Positions 19,460-30,372 of a DNA stretch of 64,000 nt are shown one piece after another. The stretch is taken from positions 448,001 to 512,000 of the forward strand of contig CAVTHS010000008.1 in NCBI GenBank assembly GCA_963734535.1, in the 5' to 3' direction. The number at the start of each line of letters is the position of its first letter. Positions within the stretch are counted from its first letter, which is position 1. Made by a program: the position numbers and the translations under genes. Below the pieces are notes generated by a model. That model saw nothing but the letters and a program-made list of their open reading frames with translations, was not told the DNA's origin and did not search any database. Source of the DNA: an uncultured Chloroflexia bacterium. GTDB taxonomy: Bacteria; Chloroflexota; Limnocylindria; Limnocylindrales; CSP1-4.

Positions 19460-21653
19460 GTGGCGCCGCGGATCTCGCTGGCACTCGCGCTGCACAACCA
19501 CCAGCCGGTGGGCAACTTCGGATGGGTCTTCGGCGACGTCTACGATGCCGCCTACCGGCCCATGCTCGACGCGCTGGACCGCCACCCGGGCGTCCGCCTG
19601 GCCCTCCACTACACCGGCCCCCTGCTCGACTGGTTCAGCGACGAGCGCCCGGAGTTCATCGAGCGCCTCGCCGGGATCGTCGCCCGCGGACAGGTGGAGC
19701 TCCTCGGGGGCGGCTACTACGAACCCGTCCTGGCCTCGCTCCCGGAGCGCGACCGCGTCGGGCAGCTGCACAAGATGGCGGACGAGATCCAGCGGATCAC
19801 CGGACGCCGGCCACGCGGCGCGTGGCTCGCCGAACGCGTCTGGGAGCCGGACCTGCCGACCGCCCTGGTCGAGGGCGGCTATGGCTGGACCATCCTGGAC
19901 GACAACCACTTCCGGGCCGCCGCGATCCCGGAGGAGAAGCTCTGGGGCCCCTACACGACCGACGACCAGGGCAGCATCCTGACCGTCTTCGGGACGGAGA
20001 AGGGGCTCCGGTACCGGATCCCGTTCGGGGACGTCGACGACGTCATCGGCTACCTCCGCGAGCATGCCACCGAGGCGGGCGACCGGGTCGGGATGATGGG
20101 CGACGACGGCGAGAAGTTCGGGTCGTGGCCCACGACATGGGATCACTGCTGGGGCACCAATCGCTGGGTCGACCGGTTCTTCGAGGCGCTCGAGGCGAAC
20201 GCGGGCTGGCTCACCACCACGACCCCGTCCGATTGGCTGGACCGGAACCTGCCCATCGGCCGCGTGTACATCCCCACGGCCTCGTACGCGGAGATGGGCG
20301 AGTGGTCGCTGCCGCCCGGCGAGAGCCGCGTCTTCACCTCCCTCCTGCACGCGGCCGAGGCGGCCGGACGGCCCGAGGCCCGGTACCTGCGGGGCGGGTT
20401 CTGGCGCAACTTCCAGATCAAGTACCGCGAGGTCAACGACCTCCACAAGCAGATGCTGCGCACGTCCGCGAAGGTCGACGAGATGCCGCCCGGCCCGGCC
20501 CGCTCCGCGGCCCTGGACCACCTCTTCCAGGGCCAGTCGAACAACTGCTACTGGCATGGCCTGTTCGGCGGGATCTACATCAGCCACATGCGCCTCGCCA
20601 CGTACGAGCACCTGATCGCGGCGGAGGACGCCGCCGACCGCGCGGCTCGCACCGCGGGCGCGACGCCCGGCCCGGATGGCGTCGTGGCGGCCGACGTCGA
20701 CCTCGACGGGATCGACGAGCTGGTCCTGTCGACCCCGGGTCAGGTCGTGGTCGTGAAACCATCGGAAGGGGCCGGGATCGGGAGCTGGGACGTGCGCGCC
20801 GTGCGCCACGCGCTCGGCGCGGTGCTCCGCCGGCGGCCGGAGGCATCCCACGAGACGCTCGTCCAGCACGAACGGGCGCTCGCCGCGCAGGAGGGCGGGA
20901 CCGGCGCCGGTGCGGGCGTCGGCTCGATCCACGACCGCGTCGCCACCAAGGAATCCGGGCTCGCTGGTCTGCTCAGCTACGACCGCTACGAGCGCCGCTC
21001 CGGCCTGGTCCACGTGCTCCCGGCGGGGACCACGCCCGAGGCGTTCGCGCGGGCGGAGGTCGACGAGCTCGCCGACGTCGTCGACGAGCCCTACCGGGTG
21101 CTGGAGACACGGGCCACGAGCGGCGGCGGCCACGTCCGCCTGGAGCGCCACGGATCGGCCCTGATGGCGGCCGGCCCGGTGCCCATCCGCGTCGAGAAGC
21201 GCATCGAGGTCGGGGGCGACCGCCGCGGCCCGACGCTCACCCTGGACGTGACGCTCGAGAACCTTGGCATCGCGCCGGTACGCGGCCTCCTCGCGGTCGA
21301 GTGGGTCGCCACGATGCTCGGCGGCGGGTCGAACCCGGCCGCCTACTACGTCCTCGACGGCGAGCGCATCGCCCACGACCGCGCGGACCGCCGCGCCGGC
21401 GCTCGCGACGCTCCATTCGGGCAACGACTACGTGGGCCTCGACGTCGCGACCACCGCCACGCCCCCGACGGATGCCTGGATCTCGCCGATCGAGACCGTC
21501 TCGAACTCGGAGGCCGGCTTCGAGCGCGTCTACCAGGGTTCGGCGCTGGTCCTCACGTGGCCGCTCGACCTGGCGCCCGGCGCGCGCATGTCCGTCCGCG
21601 TGGAGCACGTCGTCTCCACCAGCCGCGACCGAGCCGAGGAGGAAGGGCTCTAG
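19460..21653 (+). CDS. GH57 alpha-amylase/4-alpha-glucanotransferase (DUF1925/1926), frameshift near 21392
   Basis: HNHQPVGNF, WLAERVWEP, DDGEKFG, YWHGLFGGIY, ETVSNSEAGFERVYQG. Confidence 0.88.
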
Positions 21654-21682
21654 GCGCTGCGCGCCCGCCGGCCCCACGTCCC

Positions 21683-23126
21683 ATGACACGAGGTCGCCTC
21701 GCGATCCACGGGCACTTCTACCAGCCGGAGCGGCGCGACCCCTTCACGGGCCGGCTCCCGGACGACCCGGCCGCGGCGCCGTTCGCGAACTGGACGGCTC
21801 GCGTCACGGCGGAGTGCTACCGGCCCAACGCCGAGCGCGGGAACCTGGACCGGATCAGCTTCGACGTGGGGCCCACGCTGACATCCTGGCTGGCGGCCGA
21901 GGAGCCCGCGACGCTCGCCCGCATCGTCGCGGCGGACCACGCCCAGAACGCCGTGGCGCAGGGCTTCCACCACGCGATCCTCCCGCTCGCGTCGGCGCGG
22001 GATCGCGCCACGGAGATCCGCTGGGGGCTGCGCGACTTCGCGCTCCGTTTCGGCCGCCCGGCGCGCGTCATGTGGCTGCCCGAGACCGCCGTCGACCTGC
22101 CCGACGCTGCGGGAGATGGCCCGCCAGGGCGTCCACGCCACGATCCTCGCGCCGTGGCAGGCGTCGACGCCCGGCCTGGAAACGCGGCGCCCGCACCGCG
22201 TCGAGCTCGGTGGCGGCCTCGAGATGCTCGTCGCGTTCTACGACGGGCCGCTGTCCGGGGCGGTCTCGTTCCAGCCCGAGGTCACCGCCGACGCCGATCG
22301 GTTCGCCCGGGACCACGTCCTGCCGGCCCTCGCGGCGCCCCTCCACCGCGATGGGTCCCACCGGCGCGAGCCCGGTGCACCGCTCGTCCTGGTCGCCACC
22401 GACGGCGAGCTCTACGGCCATCATCAGCGCTGGCGCGACCTGTTCCTCGCCCGTCTCACGAACCCGGAGGAGGATCGCGGCTTCGACGTCGTGTCGCTCG
22501 GCGCGGCCCTCGCCGCCGAGGACCCGGCGACCCTCCCGCTGGCGCGGATCGCCGATCGGACGTCCTGGAGCTGCCACCACGGGGTGCTGCGCTGGTCGGG
22601 CGAGTGCCCCTGCGCCACGGACGGTCGGTGGAAGGGGCCGCTCCGGGCGGCGCTGGATCGCCTGGCCGCGGGCGTGGACGCGCTCACCGAGCTGCTGGCC
22701 GGGGAGCTCCGCGGCCGCGGAGAGGTCCCCCGCGAGCGGGTCCCGCTGGATCCGTGGGAGGCCCGGGACGCCTACGTGGACGTCGTGACCGGCGCCGTGG
22801 CGCCTGCGGAGTTCGCGGCTGCGCGGCTCGCGCCGAGGTCCGCCGACGACGCCGGCCCACGGCTCCTCGACCTGATGGAGGCGCAGCGCTGGCGGCTCGC
22901 GATGTTCGCCTCGGATGGCTGGTACTGGGACGACCCGGCCCGTCCGGAGACGAAGCACGTCCTGCGCTGCGCGGCCCGGGCGGCGCGGATGCTGGACCGG
23001 CTGGCCGGCTCGCATCTCGAGCGCCGGCTCGAGGAGGACCTCGCGCTGTTCGTCTCCCCGTCACGCGGGATCGACGGCCACGGCCTCTACCGGGAGGCCC
23101 TCGCCGACGTCGGCCGGCCCGGCTGA
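21683..23126 (+). CDS. GH57 family (DUF3536-like) protein, frameshift near 22101
   Basis: IHGHFYQPER, WLPETAVD, ATDGELYGHH, SWSCHHG, MFASDGWYWDD. Confidence 0.85.
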
Positions 23127-23233
23127 CCGGCATGAATCGATGAACCGCCGGCCGGGGGCCGACGGTTCATCGTGCTCGGTCTGGCGAGGAGTGGGGAGGG
23201 AGGGGAGCCTCGCCGAGCGGGAACGCGCGAAGG

Positions 23234-23365
23234 TCAGTGAGCGCCGTGGAGCGGCGCGTGGGAGTCCTCGATATCGAAGCGGGAGTCGACGCCGACCTCG
23301 ACCGCAGTGGCGTCGAGCACCGCGAGACCGACCAGGACGGCAAGGATGAGAAGCAGGAACTCCAT
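23234..23365 (-). CDS. 43-aa single-TM small protein with GVDSR motif (not in ORF track)
   Basis: MEFLLLILAVLVGLAVLDATAVEVGVDSRFDIEDSHAPLHGAH*, with GAGG SD upstream. Confidence 0.65.
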   Translation of the reverse strand: MEFLLLILAVLVGLAVLDATAVEVGVDSRFDIEDSHAPLHGAH

Positions 23366-23403
23366 CGGATTCGTGGCCTCGTACCCGCGGCCCCGTGGCC
23401 GCG

Positions 23404-23460
23404 AATTGATATAGTCAACTAAGACATGTGCAGCATAGTTGGACTATCGGGCTATGTCAA
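23404..23460. promoter_or_regulatory. AT-rich divergent promoter with imperfect inverted repeat (candidate GntR operator)
   Basis: ATAGTCAACTA (23411-23421) and TAGTTGGACTAT (23436-23447). Confidence 0.55.
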
Positions 23461-23570
23461 TGGGTGAGACGTCCCGGAGTGTCCATCGCCCGCGGTGGCG
23501 CGACGATCCGTCGGTCGGCCGCGATGCGCGGCACCCGGCGGCCGCGGCGGCCCCCGGGACCGTGACGGGC

Positions 23571-24575
23571 ATGGCGTCGGCCGCGGCAGGCGGCGCCCTC
23601 GACATCTCCCGCGACTCCGACGTTCCGATCTCCACCCAGCTCTACTGGCAGCTTGCCTACCAGATCGACACCGACCGGCTCCATCCCGGATCCCGCCTGC
23701 CCACCGTGCGCGAGCTCGGCGCGATCCTCCACGTGAACCCGAACACGGTCCGCGCCGTCTACAAGCGGCTCGCAGAGGCCGGCTATGTTGTCTCGCGCCA
23801 GGGGGCCGGCACCCGGGTGACGGCCCGGGCTTCCCAGCGCCGAACCTCGGGCGCCCTCGAGGGCCTCGTCGCCGAGCTGCTCCGCTCGGCCGCGCGGTCG
23901 GGCTACTCCGCGGACGAGGTCGCATCGGCCGTCTACGCGGTGGCGGCCGCGCGGAAACGGCCCGGTCCTCGCGTCCAGATCCTGTTCGTGGAATGCACGG
24001 CCGCCGACGCGCAGCGGGCGGCCGAGCGGATCGCCGACACGTTCGAGGGTCTCGCGGATGCGGACGGTGTCCTGATCGACCGGGTCGACGAGCGGCTTGG
24101 ACGCTTCCATTACGACCTGGTGGCCACGTCGACGTTCCACGCGGACGAGGCGATTGCCCTCGTGGACGGACGCGCCCCGGTCATCGCGATGCTGGCCGCG
24201 CCGTCGTACGCGGAGCTCCTCGACGAGGTCCGCGCGCTCCCCCGGGGAAGCACGGTCGGGCTGGTTTGTGCGACCGAGCGGAGCACCCAGAACATCGCGC
24301 AGTGGCTCCACGAGTCGGGCACCGAGGGCGTCGAGCTGCTGACCGCGCTCCAGGGTGACGAGACCGCGCTGGACCGGGCCGACAGGACCGCCGACCTCCT
24401 GCTCCTGACCCGCGAGGCGCTCGAGATCGGCCTGGCGGCCCGGTTCGGGCGCCACGACCGGATCCGCGAGTGGACCTACGACCTGGATGCGGCGGGCCTG
24501 GAGCTGCTCCGGCGCGCGGTCGAGCGCATCCGAGCGGCCCGCGGCCCGGAGGTCGCGACAGCGTCGCGCGCCTGA
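23571..24575 (+). CDS. GntR (YtrA-like) regulator with long C-terminal extension
   Basis: PISTQL...RLPTVRELGAILHVNPNTVRAVYKRL...RQGAGT. Confidence 0.88.
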   Translation: MASAAAGGALDISRDSDVPISTQLYWQLAYQIDTDRLHPGSRLPTVRELGAILHVNPNTVRAVYKRLAEAGYVVSRQGAGTRVTARASQRRTSGALEGLVAELLRSAARSGYSADEVASAVYAVAAARKRPGPRVQILFVECTAADAQRAAERIADTFEGLADADGVLIDRVDERLGRFHYDLVATSTFHADEAIALVDGRAPVIAMLAAPSYAELLDEVRALPRGSTVGLVCATERSTQNIAQWLHESGTEGVELLTALQGDETALDRADRTADLLLLTREALEIGLAARFGRHDRIREWTYDLDAAGLELLRRAVERIRAARGPEVATASRA

Positions 24576-24591
24576 GTGGCGACGGTCCCTC

Positions 24592-26346
24592 TCAGCCCAG
24601 CAGGATCCGGCGGAGGGCAGGGATCGGCGGCGTTCCGTGCGCCAGGACCGCAGCGAGATGCTCCCGGTACGTGAAGCCTGGCGTCGACGCATAGCCGCCG
24701 ACGACGCGCGGCGCGGGAACGGCGGCGGTTCCTCGGGGGTCGCCGGAGGCGGCGGCGAACCGGCGGCGCCGCTCGTTCTCGAGGTCCCACATCGCCACCG
24801 ACCCCACGAAGTACTCGGAGAGCTGCGTCGACGAGAGCCGCGCGCGCTCGTACTTCGCGACCGCCGCGGCGCGCTCCTGGAAGCCGCCTTCGACCATGAG
24901 CCCGACGGCCTCCTCCTCGGTCATCCCGCGGGCGTGGACCCCGACGTCGATGAGCGCGTTCGTGATCGTCCGCAGGTAGAACTTCCAGTGCGTCAGGAGG
25001 AGGCCGGGATCGTCGGCGCCGTAGCCCAGGTCCATCATCACCTGTGTCACGTAGACGGCCCAGCCCTCTGCGAACACGCCCGAAGCGAATGCGGCACGGA
25101 CCAGTGACGGCGACCGGTTCGCGTGGGCCAGCTGGAGGTAGTGGCCCGGCACCGCTTCGTGGATCGTGAGGAGCCGGAGCATCCGGTCGTTGTCCTCGCG
25201 CAGGGACGACTCCACTTGCTCCGGCGTCCAGTCGGCGGGCATCGGGGTCACGAAGAAGAAGCTGCCCAGGCCGCGGTCCAGCGGCCCCGGGGAGAGCAGC
25301 ATCGCCCCCGCGAACGACCGCAGGAAGGGCGGCGTCCACTCGATCGCCAGCGGATCGGCGGGAAGGTCCACCACGTCGTGCTCGCGGCAGAAGGCCTCGA
25401 TCCGGGCGAGCTCCGAGCGGCAGAAGTCGAGCAGTCGGTCCGGCGGCTGGTGCAGGACGGCGACGTGGTCGAGCATCGCCCGGACCACCCCGGCATCGTC
25501 GTCCGGGCCGGCCTCGGCACCCCGGACCGCGGACCACATCGCTCGTGCGATCCGGACCATCTCGGCGCGCACGACCTCGAACTCGCGCCTGGCGCGTTCC
25601 TCCAGCTCGTCCGGCGTCATCTCGATCCGCAGCGTGTGGCGGAGCTTCGCCGCGTAGAGGTCCGGGCCAAGCCGGCCCTCGCCGTCCGCCGCCGGCCCCA
25701 CGACGTCCAGCAGGTGCCGCCTGAGGCGCTCGAGCGCGTCGCGGGCTGCCGGGATTCCCGATTCGAGGCGCGCCCGCACGCCCGACAGCTCGCCGTCCCG
25801 GTCGGCGACCGTGGCGGCGGCGAGCGCTGCATCGAGCAGGTCGGCCGTTCCCGGCAGGTCGCGCAGCGCGATCTCGAGATGGAGCCTCGATACGGGGCGG
25901 CCGGGCAGGCCCGTGAGCCGGGCGGACGCGGCGGCGAGGAGGTGCGGGATCCCCTCGATTCGGCCGGCGGCCGCGGCAAGCCGCACCCCCAGCGGGGCGT
26001 ATTCGCGGGCCAGGAGCGTGTGCAACCCGGACCCGAGCAGGTAGACCGTCGAGAGCGGATCCCAGGCTTCCTCGCAGAGGACGGATTCCGAGAAACGCAG
26101 GGCCGCCAGCTCGCCGAGGACGATCTCCCGGTCGATCGATTGGTCCGGTCGAAGCTCCGCCTCCGGGAGCGCGGCGAACGCCTCCGACCAGCGGTCGATC
26201 AGCGCGATGCGGGCGGCCGTGCCCGACGGGGACAGGTCCGGCCACTCCCCGTCGTGGTCGTGATTGCCGAGGGCCGTGGCCAGGACCGGGTAGGCCCGGA
26301 ACAGGTCCGCAAAGAACGGCGGGACGAGGTCGCGGTAGGTGGACAC
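24592..26346 (-). CDS. DUF885 family protein
   Basis: TIHEAVPGHYLQ, FAEGWAVY, QLSEYFVG. Confidence 0.88.
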   Translation of the reverse strand: MSTYRDLVPPFFADLFRAYPVLATALGNHDHDGEWPDLSPSGTAARIALIDRWSEAFAALPEAELRPDQSIDREIVLGELAALRFSESVLCEEAWDPLSTVYLLGSGLHTLLAREYAPLGVRLAAAAGRIEGIPHLLAAASARLTGLPGRPVSRLHLEIALRDLPGTADLLDAALAAATVADRDGELSGVRARLESGIPAARDALERLRRHLLDVVGPAADGEGRLGPDLYAAKLRHTLRIEMTPDELEERARREFEVVRAEMVRIARAMWSAVRGAEAGPDDDAGVVRAMLDHVAVLHQPPDRLLDFCRSELARIEAFCREHDVVDLPADPLAIEWTPPFLRSFAGAMLLSPGPLDRGLGSFFFVTPMPADWTPEQVESSLREDNDRMLRLLTIHEAVPGHYLQLAHANRSPSLVRAAFASGVFAEGWAVYVTQVMMDLGYGADDPGLLLTHWKFYLRTITNALIDVGVHARGMTEEEAVGLMVEGGFQERAAAVAKYERARLSSTQLSEYFVGSVAMWDLENERRRRFAAASGDPRGTAAVPAPRVVGGYASTPGFTYREHLAAVLAHGTPPIPALRRILLG

Positions 26347-26466
26347 GCTTGCTCCGCTGGAGAGGGCCGCGGCTGCGGGACGTGAGTCTAGAACCGCGCC
26401 CAACCGCCTGCCGGGCGCAGGAGACTCCGGGCAGGCGAGCGATGTGCCCCGGTAGACTTCCCGGCG

Positions 26467-27072
26467 ATGGTTGACGTCGCCGCCTGGACCCACAGCCCCG
26501 TGCTCGAGGGCGAGCGGGTCCGCCTGGAGCCGCTCCACGCGCGCCACGTCCCGGGCCTCCTCGAGGCGGCCGCCGACCCCGCGACGTGGACGTGGCTCTT
26601 CGGGCGGCTCGACGACGAGGCTGCCCTTCGGGCGTGGCTGGCCGACGCGTTTCGCGCACGGGACGCCGGCACGGAGATCCCGTTCGCGACCCTCGACGCG
26701 AAGACGGGCCGCGTGGTGGGGAGCACCCGGTACCTGGCGATCGTGCCGGCCCACCGGCGCATGGAGATCGGCTGGACGTGGCTCGCTCCGGCGACCTGGG
26801 GAACCGGGATCAACGTCGAGGCGAAGCTGCTCCTGCTGGCGCATGCCTTCGACGAGCTGGGTGCGATGCGGGTCGAGCTCAAGACCGACGCCCGGAACGA
26901 GCGATCACGGGCGGCCATCCTGGCCCTCGGCGCCCAGTTCGAGGGCGTCTTCCGCAAGCACATGCGGATGCCCGACGGCCGGATCCGCGACTCGGCCTGG
27001 TACGCGATCACGGACGACGACTGGCCCTCGGTGCGAACGCGGCTCGAGGCCCGGCTGGCGGCATCGAGATGA
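26467..27072 (+). CDS. GNAT family (RimJ/RimL-like) N-acetyltransferase
   Basis: MEIGWTW, INVEAKLLLLAHAF, RVELKTDARNERSR. Confidence 0.9.
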   Translation: MVDVAAWTHSPVLEGERVRLEPLHARHVPGLLEAAADPATWTWLFGRLDDEAALRAWLADAFRARDAGTEIPFATLDAKTGRVVGSTRYLAIVPAHRRMEIGWTWLAPATWGTGINVEAKLLLLAHAFDELGAMRVELKTDARNERSRAAILALGAQFEGVFRKHMRMPDGRIRDSAWYAITDDDWPSVRTRLEARLAASR

Positions 27073-28184
27073 CGGCTCACGACGCCGGGCGACTCGGGCG
27101 GGCCAGCCGGATCCACGACCACCTCCCGCCGGCCGAGCCGGTCCCCGATCCCCTGCTCCCCGGCGGCCTGGAGGTCACCACCGTCGACTACCACGCGGGG
27201 GGCGAGCCGTTCAGGATCGTGACGGGCGATGTCGGGGAGATCACGGGTGCCACGCTCCTCGGGAAGCGGCGCTGGGTCGCCGCGAACCTCGACCACGTGC
27301 GCAGGCTCCTGGTGAACGAGCCGCGGGGGCACGCCGACATGTATGGCTGCTTCGTGGTCGAGCCCGACGATGACGGCGCGGACCTGGGCGTCCTCTTCTT
27401 CCATAACGAGGGCTACTCCACCGCCTGCGGCCACGGCACGATCGCGCTCGTGACGTGGGCGCTCGAGAGCGGTCGCCTGCCGATGAGCGGTCCGGAGACG
27501 AGCGTCGTGGTGGACGTCCCGTCCGGCCGCCTGGCCTGTGTTGCGCGCTGCGACGTCGAGGCTCACCGGGTCCTCGGCGTGCGGTTCCGGAACGTGCCGT
27601 CGTTCGTGCTCGCGGAGGGCGTCACGGTGGCCACATCGGCCGGCTCCATCCGGGTCGACGTGGCCTACGGTGGGGCGTTCTACGGGAGCGTGGACGTCCG
27701 GTCGTCGATCGGCCTGTCCGTCGATCGAGCCAGCCTGCCCCGGCTCATCGCGCTCCAGCGCGAGCTGCGGCCCGCCCTCGACGCGGCGCTGGACGTGGTG
27801 CACCCGGACGAACCCGAGCTGCGCGGCATCTACGGCATCACCTGGTGGCAGGACGAGACGTCCGCCGCGGGCCACGAGGCGGCGCTGACCCAGCGCAACG
27901 TGACCGTCTTCGCGGATGGCGAGGTGGACCGCTCGCCGTGTGGCAGCGGGACATCGGCGCGGCTCGCGATCCTGCATGCGCAGGGCCGGCTGCGGACCGG
28001 CGAGGAGCTCCGCCACCTGAGCATCGTCGATTCGGTCTTCACCGGTCGTGTCGTCGGTGCGGCGCTGGTCGCCGGGCGGCCAGCGGTGGTCACCGAGGTG
28101 GAGGGGCGCGCCCACCCGACCGGGCGCCACACGTTCGTCCTCGACCCGGCAGACCCGATCGGGACCGGCTTTCTCCTCCGCTGA
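27069..28184 (+). CDS. Proline racemase/hydroxyproline epimerase family protein
   Basis: DYHAGGEPFR, EPRGHADMYG, STACGH, DRSPCGSGT (Cys/Cys pair). Confidence 0.9.
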   Translation: MTAHDAGRLGRASRIHDHLPPAEPVPDPLLPGGLEVTTVDYHAGGEPFRIVTGDVGEITGATLLGKRRWVAANLDHVRRLLVNEPRGHADMYGCFVVEPDDDGADLGVLFFHNEGYSTACGHGTIALVTWALESGRLPMSGPETSVVVDVPSGRLACVARCDVEAHRVLGVRFRNVPSFVLAEGVTVATSAGSIRVDVAYGGAFYGSVDVRSSIGLSVDRASLPRLIALQRELRPALDAALDVVHPDEPELRGIYGITWWQDETSAAGHEAALTQRNVTVFADGEVDRSPCGSGTSARLAILHAQGRLRTGEELRHLSIVDSVFTGRVVGAALVAGRPAVVTEVEGRAHPTGRHTFVLDPADPIGTGFLLR

Positions 28185-28336
28185 GCCGGACCGGCGATCG
28201 GCGCCGCTGACCCACGGCGCGGGATTCGGTGACTCTCGCGCCAGCCTCCGTGCTGGCCGTGAGCCTGGCGTGGGATGATCCCCGGACGACCGCCCGGCAT
28301 CAGCCCGGCGTCGCGGCCATCGCAGGAGGGACCAGC

Positions 28337-28747
28337 GTGAAGGGGTTCGTCGCCAGCCTCATCGCCACGGGCATCGCCCTCTGGGTGACCGCGCGGTTCG
28401 TCACGGGAATCACGATCCCCTCGTCCGCCTTCCACAAGCTCCCCGGCGACCTGGTCACCTTCGCGCTCATCGCGATCGTGTTCGGCATCGCGAACGGGCT
28501 CGTCAAGCCCGTGGTGAAGATGCTCTCGTTTCCGATCACGCTCCTGACGCTGGGCCTGGCCGGGATCGTCATCAACGCGGTGCTCTTCCTGGCCGCCGCC
28601 TGGGTCACGAACCAGGTCGGCGGCGATGTCAAGGTGGGCGACTTCCCCCCGACCCTGCTGACGCAGGCCACCGTGGTGGCCGCGCTGATCGGCTCGATCG
28701 TCCTCGGCGTCGTCTCGGCAGTCGCCCGAATGGTCATCCCGGACTGA
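28337..28747 (+). CDS. Phage-holin-family (YvlD-like) membrane protein
   Basis: NGLVKPVVKMLSFPITLLTLGL..IVINA; GGAGG SD. Confidence 0.85.
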   Translation: MKGFVASLIATGIALWVTARFVTGITIPSSAFHKLPGDLVTFALIAIVFGIANGLVKPVVKMLSFPITLLTLGLAGIVINAVLFLAAAWVTNQVGGDVKVGDFPPTLLTQATVVAALIGSIVLGVVSAVARMVIPD

Positions 28748-28751
28748 CCGA

Positions 28752-30320
28752 GTGGATCTCCGCGCTCATGACGCGGCCGGCGACCGCCTGACGGCGCTCG
28801 CTCCGGCCCTTCGGGCGATCGCGCGGCGGTTCGGAACGCCGACCTACGTCACCGACATCGTCGCGCTCGAGGCGGCCGCCGGCGCGGTCGGCGCGGCCTT
28901 CCCGCCACCCTGGGAACGACGCTACTCTCTGAAGGCGAACGACCTCCCGGCCATCGTTGCCCGGCTTGCCGGGCTGGGGTTCGGCGCGAACGTCGTGTCG
29001 CGCGGGGAGTGGGCCCTCGCGACGAGGGCCGGCATCCCGAACGCCGACATCACGCTCGAGGGGATCGGCAAGACGGATGCGGACCTGGCCGCCGCGGCCC
29101 GGGCCGCCGCCGCGGGCGTGCCGCTCCACTGGATCGCCCTGGAGTCGGCGGACGAAGCGGCCGCGCTGGCCCGTGCCGTCCTGGCCGTCCGGGCGGGCCC
29201 GCTCGCGGGACACCAGCCGAGCCCGGACGCGGCCGACGGCCGCAGTCCAGGTGCGGCCGGCCTGGCGCTCCGCGTCGATGTGCTCCTGCGGCTCAACCCC
29301 GAGGTGGATCCGGAGACGCAGCGCGGCCTGGCCACCGGCGTATCTGCCTCGAAGTTCGGGATGACCGCTGACGAGGTCGCGGCCGCGATCGAGGCGGTCG
29401 GCGGCCCGGACGGGCCGCTTCGGTTCCGCGGCCTCCACCTCCACGTGGGGTCCCAGCTCGGCGCCGCGGACGCGTGGCGGGACGCGGTCCGGCGAGCGCT
29501 GGCGCTGCTGGCGCTCCTGCGCGGGGGGCTGCCAACGTTCGACACGCTCGACGTGGGCGGCGGATTCCCCGTCGCGCCGCTCGGCGTGCCGGTCCCCGGC
29601 CCGGGCCGCTTCGCGCGTGAGATGCCCGCGCTCCTCGCCGCCATCCCCGCCGACCGCCGACCCGATCGCCTGGCCGTCGAGCCGGGCCGCATGCTCGTGG
29701 CGCGCGCGGGCTGGATCGTGGCGCGCGTCCTCCACGTCCGGGAGCGCATCGGCCCCTCCGCGGAGCCGGCCCGGCTCGAGCGGTCGGGGCCGTTGAGCCT
29801 CGCGGTGGTGCCGCGCGACGCACGCACGGAGGATCGAGCGGAGCGGCTGGTGGTGATCGACGCCGGGATGACCGAGCTGCTGCGGCCTGCCCTCTATGGG
29901 GCCGAGCACGGGGTCGTGGCGCTCACGTCGCGAGGACGCGCCGTGCGTCCGGCGCCGGAGGCCGTCCACGTATCCGCGTCCGCTGGGTGGAGCGCGGCGG
30001 TGGCCGATCGACGAGCGATCCGCGCGGCCCGCGACTCGGCCGCCGGGCTCTCGCCGCGGCTGGACGAGGCCGGCGTCGCGACCGGCTGGCCACTTGTTCG
30101 CGTCGACGGCCCGATCTGCGAGTCGACCGACACGTTCGGCGAGCATCGCCTGCCACCCCTCCGGCGCGGCGACCTCGTGGCCATCCGCGACACGGGCGCG
30201 TACGGCGCCGCGATGCGCTCGGCATACAACGGCCGGCCGCGGCCCCCGGAGATCTTCGTCGAACCCGACGGGACGCTCACGCGCGCCCGAAGGCGTGGCG
30301 GCCTCGCAAGCCTCGGCTGA
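28752..30320 (+). CDS. lysA: Diaminopimelate decarboxylase-like PLP enzyme with low-complexity insertions
   Basis: YSLKAN, SKFG, HVGSQ, DVGGG, EPGR, GPICESTD, TGAYG, YNGRPRP. Confidence 0.8.
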   Translation: MDLRAHDAAGDRLTALAPALRAIARRFGTPTYVTDIVALEAAAGAVGAAFPPPWERRYSLKANDLPAIVARLAGLGFGANVVSRGEWALATRAGIPNADITLEGIGKTDADLAAAARAAAAGVPLHWIALESADEAAALARAVLAVRAGPLAGHQPSPDAADGRSPGAAGLALRVDVLLRLNPEVDPETQRGLATGVSASKFGMTADEVAAAIEAVGGPDGPLRFRGLHLHVGSQLGAADAWRDAVRRALALLALLRGGLPTFDTLDVGGGFPVAPLGVPVPGPGRFAREMPALLAAIPADRRPDRLAVEPGRMLVARAGWIVARVLHVRERIGPSAEPARLERSGPLSLAVVPRDARTEDRAERLVVIDAGMTELLRPALYGAEHGVVALTSRGRAVRPAPEAVHVSASAGWSAAVADRRAIRAARDSAAGLSPRLDEAGVATGWPLVRVDGPICESTDTFGEHRLPPLRRGDLVAIRDTGAYGAAMRSAYNGRPRPPEIFVEPDGTLTRARRRGGLASLG

Positions 30321-30372
30321 CGGCGGGCGCCGTTCGGCAGGTGCGACGCATCTTCCACGCTAGGATGGCGAG

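Noticed and set aside
19460-23143. 1227-aa GH57 fusion ORF
   Set aside because: Artefact of frameshifts joining two separate GH57 genes.
28337-28747. Prophage suggested by a holin-family gene
   Set aside because: YvlD-like proteins are common chromosomal genes and no phage genes are nearby.
28752-30320. Inteins in the lysA-like gene
   Set aside because: Insertions are short and Ala/Pro/Arg-rich, without C/S...HN splice motifs.
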